Source: a virus
IMG/VR virus record: IMGVR_UViG_3300044535_000472
Coordinates: 32,001 to 96,000 of that record
Length of the DNA stretch: 64,000 nt
Strand: one strand, 5' to 3'
A program made the position numbers and the translations under genes. Positions 57,492 through 64,000 of the stretch are shown one piece after another. Positions within the stretch are counted from its first letter, which is position 1. Each line of letters begins with the position of its first letter. Below the pieces are notes generated by a model, which saw only the letters and a program-made list of their open reading frames with translations, was not told the origin of the DNA and made no database searches.

Positions 57492-58049
57492 TTAGCATGT
57501 ACCGCATCCACACCCACATGATAATTTGTCTAACTTAGACATCACGTATGTGTATATTGCCATACCCTCTGTAGGATTATGACAATACTCTACTTTTGCT
57601 TTAGCTGCTTTTAACATTGTCGATAGGAGGTTTATTTCCCGCAACTTTTCTTTCATTGGCCCTACTGGCTCGCAGTTAGGAACATCTAGACAACAAAGCA
57701 AGTTATTAATTTTATTTAAGGCCTGAGATATACGTAAATGGTTGTATTCTACATATACCACATCATTAGGCGCCACACTGTAGCGAATAACATATACCCC
57801 ATCTGGTAAATCATTTCTATATGAATCACAGTTTGTAAGCTGTAATCCTAAATCACACGCAGTAAGGTTTACTACAAACTCAGTACCCATATCTGTAATC
57901 TCTGCACTTGTAGTAAATCCAGGTGCAGTAATTTGCAACTTAGGACATTCTACTGGTACATTTTGATTATAGGTAGTCATGTCTACTATACGCAGTAAAC
58001 AGTTACTTAAAGTATCTGGAATTTCTAAAGCTAATTGATGTTGTGCCAT
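57492..58049 (-). CDS. tail hub / fibre-attachment protein candidate (185 aa)
   Basis: LRIVDMTTY..DLPDGVYVIRYSVAP segments and position after the auxiliary capsid gene; C-terminal CGCGCGTC. Confidence 0.45.
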   Translation of the reverse strand: MAQHQLALEIPDTLSNCLLRIVDMTTYNQNVPVECPKLQITAPGFTTSAEITDMGTEFVVNLTACDLGLQLTNCDSYRNDLPDGVYVIRYSVAPNDVVYVEYNHLRISQALNKINNLLCCLDVPNCEPVGPMKEKLREINLLSTMLKAAKAKVEYCHNPTEGMAIYTYVMSKLDKLSCGCGCGTC

Positions 58050-58064
58050 TGTATTACTAAGTTA

Positions 58065-58072
58065 CAAAGATA
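58065..58072 (-). promoter_or_regulatory. Bacteroidota sigma70-type -7 element TATCTTTG
   Basis: Exact TAnnTTTG match, 16-23 nt upstream of the ATG at 58049 and just after a terminator. No clear -33 TTTG seen. Confidence 0.45.
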
Positions 58073-58084
58073 TAGTGTAAAAAT

Positions 58085-58123
58085 AAAAAAGAGGAGGGGA
58101 TTTTTTATCCCACCCCTCTTTTT
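58085..58123 (-). terminator. intrinsic terminator after the 439-aa gene
   Basis: Minus strand GAGGGGTGGGA-TAAAAAA-TCCCCTCCTC followed by TTTTTT. Confidence 0.75.
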
Positions 58124-58140
58124 ATAAGTTTTAGTTAAGA

Positions 58141-59460
58141 TTATACTGGTGTAACAGGAGATACTGGAGTACAAGTTTCAGGGCACTCATATTCTACTAA
58201 TCCTACGCAGTCTGAACCAGCGTTAGTCAACCATGCTGTTACAAAATTTTCAAAAGCTGTATCGCGACCATCTGTTACAATTTCTAACAAGTACTGGTCA
58301 TTGTCAAATGTTCCAGTTGGGTTGTTGAAACGTGGCACATTGTGCTGGATATAGTAACGAGTATAGAATGATGTTCTGCTAATTGCATCATATACATCTG
58401 TACCGTTAGTAATCTCACGGATACGCAAGTCTTGACCAGTATAGAAAGGTTGTTGCATGTAACCTTCAGTTAAGATAAGGTCACGGATAACATTCTCTCC
58501 AGTTCCTTTCAATTGGTAAGGCTCGCAAGTGTTATATACACAAAGTCCAGCAAATGCACAAGGATCACCGTTAAGATCTACTTCAGAAGCATAAATTTTA
58601 ACTGGCTCTAAGAATGCAATGATAGAATCATTTGGATAGAAAGTACAATCATTGAAACGTGTATCAACATATGCTCCATTGATAAGGATACCAGCTAATG
58701 TGTTTTCATCTCCAGGAAGAGTTGAAGGGTTTTGGATATATCCTAATAACAAATCTAAGTTTGTCTTAGAAGAAGTACCATCACCTAATTCTAACCAAAG
58801 AACACCATCACCAAGTGTATTGTAAGTAATTTCAACTTGAATATATGGGTTAATCAATGGTGAGTTCAACAATTGGTAAGCCCATTGTACGTATACAATC
58901 AAAGGGTTAACTGCAACTGGTGCAATTGCATCATCTGGGCAACATCCTGTATAACCAGCAGCAGTATAGTAACTGTTACGAGTCAATGTACGCAATGCAG
59001 GAGAACCTTTGATGTCTACACGCAAGTTGTAAGTTTCACCACAAAGGAAAGTTTTGTTGATAACAGTTCCTGAGTTTAAGTTACAAGAACCACCTTCCCA
59101 ATTAATTTGGTTAGCACCAACAGATACTTGAGCTTGTTGAGCAGGACAATCATCCACACGATAGAAAGCTGATACATACTTAGGGTTAATAGTCTTAGAC
59201 TTTACAGTCTCAGAATATCCACCGTGGAATTTACCAATTTTGTCATTTGGGTGAATAGAAGTTGAAATTAGCACTAAAGGACAACTTGTGCTTGTTGGTC
59301 CTGCTAAGTCACTTGGTGTTACCCAAGTCTTAGGATCCACAAAAGTAAATTGTCCAGCACGATTTTGTGGAGTAAATGCCGAACTAGACAAACCTCCTGT
59401 TGTAGTAAACCCATCGGTTCCTACAAACATCTTTTGAAAGGCATGATTAAAATAAGCCAT
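58141..59460 (-). CDS. abundant structural protein, probably an auxiliary capsid (decoration) protein (439 aa)
   Basis: Codon usage resembles that of the MCP (many C-ending AAC/TTC/ATC and CGT codons); has its own terminator; synteny with crAss-like auxiliary capsid genes. Confidence 0.5.
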   Translation of the reverse strand: MAYFNHAFQKMFVGTDGFTTTGGLSSSAFTPQNRAGQFTFVDPKTWVTPSDLAGPTSTSCPLVLISTSIHPNDKIGKFHGGYSETVKSKTINPKYVSAFYRVDDCPAQQAQVSVGANQINWEGGSCNLNSGTVINKTFLCGETYNLRVDIKGSPALRTLTRNSYYTAAGYTGCCPDDAIAPVAVNPLIVYVQWAYQLLNSPLINPYIQVEITYNTLGDGVLWLELGDGTSSKTNLDLLLGYIQNPSTLPGDENTLAGILINGAYVDTRFNDCTFYPNDSIIAFLEPVKIYASEVDLNGDPCAFAGLCVYNTCEPYQLKGTGENVIRDLILTEGYMQQPFYTGQDLRIREITNGTDVYDAISRTSFYTRYYIQHNVPRFNNPTGTFDNDQYLLEIVTDGRDTAFENFVTAWLTNAGSDCVGLVEYECPETCTPVSPVTPV

Positions 59461-59525
59461 TGTTTTTTGTTTTTAAGGGTTATAAATATATATTTAATAT
59501 AAGAAAAGTATTTCTACTTTCCAAA

Positions 59526-60029
59526 TTATTTTAAGAAAAGTAATTTGTACTTAGCTGAGTTTATAGCATCTTTAACTAAGTCTAGGTTATTAACTATCTC
59601 TGAATAAGGCATCATGCCTTGAAGTTTATTGATAGAATTATACATATCTCTAAGATAGGCCACCGCATCTGCTACAGTATCTAATGTGCGAATAGGCATA
59701 TCTTTATAAGTTAAAAGCTTTTCAGTTGCTCCCTGATAACCTTCTACAAGAGTATCAGCATAACCATGTAGACCATCATAAAAATCACCAAGAGCTTTAT
59801 GAGCAGCATAAGAACCATCTCCCTTTATCTTTAGATGTAATCTATGAAAACTTACAGCAGCATTCATCATTTCTGTAGAGCAGGCTGCAGTCATGTTATC
59901 TAATGAGCTTCCTCCAACACCTGCATCAGAAGTAGGCATTGGTTTAGCAGCTTGTTCAACACTAGGTCTACTAAGCTTTTTAATAGGCTCAGGATCTCTC
60001 TTTAATAAATTTCTTGGTTGTTCAGCCAT
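59526..60029 (-). CDS. ferritin/Dps-like four-helix protein (167 aa)
   Basis: FHRLHL..SYAAHKALGDFYD..ADTLVEGYQG matches Dps-type ferroxidase ligand spacing. Confidence 0.75.
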   Translation of the reverse strand: MAEQPRNLLKRDPEPIKKLSRPSVEQAAKPMPTSDAGVGGSSLDNMTAACSTEMMNAAVSFHRLHLKIKGDGSYAAHKALGDFYDGLHGYADTLVEGYQGATEKLLTYKDMPIRTLDTVADAVAYLRDMYNSINKLQGMMPYSEIVNNLDLVKDAINSAKYKLLFLK

Positions 60030-60031
60030 GA

Positions 60032-60736
60032 TTAATTGTTTTGTTCAGAAGCTGTAGACTCCCGAGTATATTGATTAAATGATTCTATATCTCCTGCAAG
60101 GATTGATGCTGCTGAATCTACAATTACCTCTACCACATCATCAGGAAATTCACATAACACTTCTTGAGTCGATGTTTGTAGGGTATAAGGATCTGCACAA
60201 CCTAAAATTTGAATTCTAGTTGGGTACTTATAGTAAGTATATTTAACACTTTTTATTTCAAACTCATCATTAGTAAATACCTTGATTTTGTTTTCCATCA
60301 TGGTTGCAAAAGTCTCACGCCATTCAAAGCTAGGTTTACGTAAAAAATCATTTAGTAAAACACTAAGGTTAGCCTCTTCTGCTAAATATACCACCATATC
60401 TTTCTCCTCATTGCAACATTTGCTTACTGCTTTAACATCTATTCTTTTAAACTCCATCCAGTCATCTGGTAATACTTCGGTAATAACATATTTATCACCA
60501 TAAGTAAAAGCAAGATCTTCGGATTTAAGCATGATCATAAGATCACCAATCTTACGATTACTTTGCTCATCACCCTGTTTAAGAATATTGTTACCAACAA
60601 GTTGACGGCGCACCCATTCTATTTGAGCTTTATTAAAAGCCTCAACTATTTGCCAACATTCAAAGTTGTCATAGTCTTGGCTATCAAGCTTGTTGAGTCG
60701 CTCCTTAATCTTTATTTGTATGGTAGTATTATTCAT
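60032..60736 (-). CDS. head-tail ring/adaptor protein (234 aa)
   Basis: IKERLNKLDSQDYDNF..QIVEAFNKAQ N-terminus, YYKYPTRI and CEFPDDVVEVIVD C-terminus, typical of crAss-like ring proteins. Confidence 0.6.
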   Translation of the reverse strand: MNNTTIQIKIKERLNKLDSQDYDNFECWQIVEAFNKAQIEWVRRQLVGNNILKQGDEQSNRKIGDLMIMLKSEDLAFTYGDKYVITEVLPDDWMEFKRIDVKAVSKCCNEEKDMVVYLAEEANLSVLLNDFLRKPSFEWRETFATMMENKIKVFTNDEFEIKSVKYTYYKYPTRIQILGCADPYTLQTSTQEVLCEFPDDVVEVIVDSAASILAGDIESFNQYTRESTASEQNN

Positions 60737-60891
60737 TTCTTAGCACCGCCTTTTTTAGCGTAACCCATTTTATTTCTTACTGCAGTTGGAAGTTTAGATA
60801 GTCCCGGATTAGCACTAGGATTAACAGATTTAAGTTTAGAAGAACCACCAGACTTCATTTTAACTGAACCACAAGTTGCACACTTTTTCAT
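60733..60891 (-). CDS. small basic protein, 52 aa (MKKCATCGSVKMKSGG...MGYAKKGGAKK)
   Basis: Manually translated; ATGA overlap with the next gene. Confidence 0.7.
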   Translation of the reverse strand: MKKCATCGSVKMKSGGSSKLKSVNPSANPGLSKLPTAVRNKMGYAKKGGAKK

Positions 60892-60903
60892 ATCATTATA
60901 GTT

Positions 60904-61149
60904 TTAGCATTTCCATTTTCTAAGTGACTTATTAATCCTTGAGTTAGGATCATTAGCCGTTTTAGCACTAGTAAGCTTTTTCTTCATCCCAGACATTCTT
61001 GCGCAAAAGCTTTTCTTTCTAGGCCCACCCTCTGGTTGAGGTGCCTTAATATCATGACCTGCTGCTTTTAAAGATGCACGTCCTTTAGCGTTAAGTCCTC
61101 CACTTGGAGACTTACCTTCTTTTCTTTGCCATGCTGGACTTTTTGCCAT
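60904..61149 (-). CDS. small basic protein, 81 aa (DUF6321-like, recalled from aquatic phages)
   Basis: AWQRKEGK..GGLNAKGRAS..RKKSFCARM..DPNSRINKSLRKWKC. Confidence 0.75.
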   Translation of the reverse strand: MAKSPAWQRKEGKSPSGGLNAKGRASLKAAGHDIKAPQPEGGPRKKSFCARMSGMKKKLTSAKTANDPNSRINKSLRKWKC

Positions 61150-61150
61150 A

Positions 61151-61300
61151 CTATTTCTTTTTAGCAGTCTTAGCAGACTGGGTAAAATCTTTTTTAGTAG
61201 GTGCGCCTTTTGCTCCTACTTTACGCATCTTCTCACCGGAACCTGCGGCTATGCGAGCTCTTTTAGCATGAATGTTAGCGTATAATCCTTGCTTTGCCAT
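61151..61300 (-). CDS. small basic protein, 49 aa (MAKQGLYANIHAKRARIAAGSGEKMRKVGAKGAPTKKDFTQSAKTAKKK)
   Basis: Manually translated; GLYANIHAKR..GSGEKMRK is a recurrent aquatic-phage motif. Confidence 0.75.
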   Translation of the reverse strand: MAKQGLYANIHAKRARIAAGSGEKMRKVGAKGAPTKKDFTQSAKTAKKK

Positions 61301-61301
61301 A

Positions 61302-61442
61302 CTATCTATTTTTAGCCATTTTTTTAAATGTCATTGCTAATGCTTTCCGTTTAGGGGTGCATGTAGCTTTAGTCATAGGTGTACAATAACCTTTATGTTT
61401 AGGATTAACAGCTTTTTGAATCCACTTTTTATCTTTAGCCAT
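61302..61442 (-). CDS. small basic protein, 46 aa (MAKDKKWIQKAVNPKHKGYCTPMTKATCTPKRKALAMTFKKMAKNR)
   Basis: Manually translated; tight gene packing; KWIQKA..LAxTFKKM pattern. Confidence 0.7.
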   Translation of the reverse strand: MAKDKKWIQKAVNPKHKGYCTPMTKATCTPKRKALAMTFKKMAKNR

Positions 61443-61447
61443 AGTAG

Positions 61448-61573
61448 TTATTTTTTACAACCACAACCAGATTTCTTGGAAGCCGTAGCACCACCTTTTT
61501 TATAGGTGGTACCATTGGGCTTACCATATGAAATCATTTTCTTTTTTTGCTCTGGTGTTAGTAGAGGGTTCAT
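61448..61573 (-). CDS. small basic protein, 41 aa (MNPLLTPEQKKKMISYGKPNGTTYKKGGATASKKSGCGCKK)
   Basis: Manually translated; start overlaps the stop of 61570..61755. Confidence 0.6.
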   Translation of the reverse strand: MNPLLTPEQKKKMISYGKPNGTTYKKGGATASKKSGCGCKK

Positions 61574-61755
61574 CCTTTACGCTTTGGGCTTACTTCAGCA
61601 GATTTATTTCCACCGCCTGAGCGACCTTTAGCAACTTTTTGAACTTGTGCAGCAGCGTTTCCGCCACCAACACGTCCACCAGGAGTCTTTTGTACCATAA
61701 CGGAAGCATTAGGATTTTTAACACCGCCGGTCATCATTTTTTTAACCTTTTTCAT
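61570..61755 (-). CDS. small Gly/Lys-rich protein, 61 aa
   Basis: In the ORF track; MKKVKKMMTGG...; A-rich leader. Confidence 0.65.
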   Translation of the reverse strand: MKKVKKMMTGGVKNPNASVMVQKTPGGRVGGGNAAAQVQKVAKGRSGGGNKSAEVSPKRKG

Positions 61756-61780
61756 TTTAGTATGTTTAATATAAAGATAG

Positions 61781-62800
61781 TTACATATTCCAATACTTCT
61801 CCACTTTTTTAGAAATTTGTACTAAAACATCTTCATTAAGTGGGTTTTTAAAGAACTCTACAATCTCAGCTTGGTTTCTTCCTAACATTGTATTAGTGTC
61901 TCTAGTGTATATAATTCCATCTGTTTTTGCAACAATAAACTTATAATAAGTAGCATCTTTTACAATTGCTTTAACTTTAAGTGTTTCCATGTCAGAGTTC
62001 GCAGCATCTAAGAATGTTTGCGCAGCGCGTATAGGATTTCTTTCTGTACTCTCCCCATTAATAAAGTTATCCATAATATCGTAAATGATATCATTAGGGG
62101 TAGACTTTTTATACTGGGCGCTCGCGATGTCCACAACTTTTGCAACATAGAACAACTTATTAGTGTTCTTATCATAAAGTTTTTGCAATTCAGCAAGAGC
62201 TTTGTTACGAAGCTTTTTAACCTCAGTTTTAGTTGAAGCTGTTTCTTCGTACTTGTCTAAATAAAAACGTGCGTTCTTATTCATTTTTATTTTAGCATCA
62301 TCATAGCTTTTAGCTACAATGCTAAATCCTCCGGCATTAATTGCATAGAGCTTAATAAGATCATAAGCATCTTTCTCAGGCTCTAAAAATACGGGGTCGT
62401 TACCACAACGTATTGTTATTTTATTCCAGAACTCATCATTGTCTGGACGCAATAATTTAATTTTATTCCAGAAATCAGGATCTTCTGGACTTACAACATT
62501 TGCAGCTAATTCTTTTTCAAGCTCAGATACAATTGTTCTAATCTCTTTAATTTTTGCTTCACGCTCTTCAGGATCCGCAATTTTTTTAATCTCAGGAGCA
62601 AATTCATTAAGTCCTGTTAAGTAACGTTTTACACCGTTATTCTCAAGACATGCTAACTGCTCTTCATGGGATACACCTTCAAAAAGTGTTAAACCATATT
62701 TCTCAAGACCCATGTTTGAGTTTTGATTGTTAAAATAAGGTCTAATTGCAATAGGACCTTTCTTAAGGTGTGACACCTTTTCTACTAAAGTAAAGCTCAT
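61781..62800 (-). CDS. conserved hypothetical protein directly downstream of the MCP (339 aa)
   Basis: Long ORF with normal codon usage; crAss-like genomes carry a conserved gene at this position. Confidence 0.65.
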   Translation of the reverse strand: MSFTLVEKVSHLKKGPIAIRPYFNNQNSNMGLEKYGLTLFEGVSHEEQLACLENNGVKRYLTGLNEFAPEIKKIADPEEREAKIKEIRTIVSELEKELAANVVSPEDPDFWNKIKLLRPDNDEFWNKITIRCGNDPVFLEPEKDAYDLIKLYAINAGGFSIVAKSYDDAKIKMNKNARFYLDKYEETASTKTEVKKLRNKALAELQKLYDKNTNKLFYVAKVVDIASAQYKKSTPNDIIYDIMDNFINGESTERNPIRAAQTFLDAANSDMETLKVKAIVKDATYYKFIVAKTDGIIYTRDTNTMLGRNQAEIVEFFKNPLNEDVLVQISKKVEKYWNM

Positions 62801-62840
62801 AACTTGTTGGTTTTATTTTATTGGTTTTTGTAAAGGTAGT

Positions 62841-62870
62841 AAAAAGGGGGAGGCTTTCAACTCTCCCCCA
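62841..62870 (-). terminator. intrinsic terminator after the major capsid gene
   Basis: Minus strand GGGGGAG-AGTTGAAAGC-CTCCCCC followed by TTTTT. Confidence 0.8.
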
Positions 62871-62889
62871 GTTTACATATATTCTAAGA

Positions 62890-64000
62890 TTAGAATGATC
62901 CGCCAGTGATTGGGTTACGCATAACGATTTTCAATACTTTGGTTGGGTCTTTAACCCAGATCGCAGGCATTGTTTGCGTCATGAATACACGGTATCCGTT
63001 AAATTGTCCAGAGCTTTGGAAACCTTGGGTACGTCCCATGTAATCCATAGTTCCGTTTTGGTACCACCACTTCAATTGATTATCCCAAGATAACTTCAAC
63101 AAGAAGATATTGTCGTTAGTGTTATCTGTGATATCAAAGATAATGAAGCTATAAGAAGACAATGGGAAACCATCAATGATTGGGTTTTCAATGTCATTGG
63201 TGTGTAGGTTATCAAACGCTGGGTTCAACACAAACTTCACGTTAGCCAAGAATGGGATAACATAAGAAGTGAATGCAAATCCGTAGTTCAAGTCCATACC
63301 TTTACCAGTGATTGCTCCAATACCGTTATTTTCAGCAGCTTGGATCAACAATCCTGAAGCCATTGCCTCACGCTTAATTGCTTCGTTAACCATGCGCATA
63401 CCGCCCATACCGGTTTGTACAATCAATTGACGCTTAGGATCTGGACCTTGAAACTCAACTTTACCAGCATAGAAGTTGTAAAGCTCAGAGCGGAACAAGT
63501 CAAGGTTAAAGTTAGACTTGTTATAGATACGCTTGAATGAGTTATCCAATTGCTTCCAAAGACCCACAGATAAACGGATATCATCTGGACCATCTTGACG
63601 TACACGTCCACCTTGTCCCCACATTAAGTAGGTCTCGATGTCATTAGCTACTTTAGTCAAGTGAGCTGCTTCCATTGTAGTCATGAAGGTACGAGACAAT
63701 GAACCATTACCCATTGCACGCTTAACATAATCCTTACCCATGCGAGAAACCATGTTGTCAAGGTTAGCAATAGATGGATCAATGTTCTTGTCAAAGTTAC
63801 GCCAGATTTCTACTACTGGTACAGTACCATCTGCATTCATACCACCCTTGATCATAAGATCTGCGCGAGATGAAATAGAATAGTGTACGTGTGCCTCAGC
63901 TCCTCCTACGAAGTTGTAGAACTCGCGGAAACCTGTTGCAGTAACGATGTCTGAGAAACGCTCTCCATACTCGCCACGTGCAGAACCTTTACGGAAGATT
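62890..64000 (-). CDS. major capsid protein, crAss-like HK97-type (5'-truncated by the window)
   Basis: The frame stays open to the window edge (48 further codons, IFRKGSARGEYGE...SRADL, precede the tracked Met). YLMWGQGG, QTGMGGM, YGFAFTSY..FVLNPAFD..GFPLSSYSFIIFD; strong codon bias; downstream terminator. Confidence 0.85.
   Translation of the reverse strand, partial: IFRKGSARGEYGERFSDIVTATGFREFYNFVGGAEAHVHYSISSRADLMIKGGMNADGTVPVVEIWRNFDKNIDPSIANLDNMVSRMGKDYVKRAMGNGSLSRTFMTTMEAAHLTKVANDIETYLMWGQGGRVRQDGPDDIRLSVGLWKQLDNSFKRIYNKSNFNLDLFRSELYNFYAGKVEFQGPDPKRQLIVQTGMGGMRMVNEAIKREAMASGLLIQAAENNGIGAITGKGMDLNYGFAFTSYVIPFLANVKFVLNPAFDNLHTNDIENPIIDGFPLSSYSFIIFDITDNTNDNIFLLKLSWDNQLKWWYQNGTMDYMGRTQGFQSSGQFNGYRVFMTQTMPAIWVKDPTKVLKIVMRNPITGGSF

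Noticed and set aside
8119-63611. Numerous 60-150-aa plus-strand or alternative-frame ORFs in the track (e.g. 8119..8388, 12199..12585, 23172..23627, 39980..40264, 62018..62236)
   Set aside because: They lie wholly antisense to or nested in long genes, have Ser/Leu/Phe-rich shadow composition and lack recognisable motifs.
1-64000. Alternative genetic code (TAG/TGA reassignment, known in some crAss-like clades)
   Set aside because: Multi-kb ORFs are uninterrupted in code 11, coding density is near complete, and TAG and TGA both end plausible genes (e.g. 61151, 61302, 60733, 2468).
1-64000. tRNA genes, CRISPR arrays, self-splicing introns or inteins
   Set aside because: Intergenic gaps are under ~150 bp with no cloverleaf or repeat-spacer pattern. 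The RNAP and MCP frames are continuous, and the near absence of Cys in the giant proteins argues against standard inteins.

Overview
This 64 kb window is the virion/late module of a large crAss-like (Crassvirales-type) tailed phage of a Bacteroidota host, read in standard code 11. Nearly all genes are on the minus strand. In transcription order (right to left): major capsid protein (truncated at the window edge); a conserved 339-aa gene; six tiny Lys-rich genes; a ring/adaptor protein; a Dps/ferritin-like protein; a probable auxiliary capsid protein; Cys-rich tail/fibre proteins (vWA, FN3, tandem Cys repeats); an IHF/HU-like protein; two more ring proteins; a 1781-aa muzzle/tail-stabilisation protein; seven large putative ejected cargo proteins (1423, 652, 891, 864, 1494, 2298 and 2742 aa) plus a 3322-aa virion RNA polymerase with the DFDID motif; a lysis cassette; and small basic genes converging on two plus-strand NTP-pyrophosphohydrolase-like genes. 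Three patterns stand out. (1) The three giant ejected proteins are almost Cys-free except at matching termini, suggesting a head-to-tail disulfide chain. (2) A recurring KIKxLPKAQ / xQxGG signal delimits interchangeable enzyme modules (kinase, ART-like, two muramidases) in the cargo proteins. (3) A dense cluster of Bacteroidota O-glycosylation sequons lies in a cargo protein that has no signal peptide. All family assignments are by-eye motif and synteny recognition; no database search was run.
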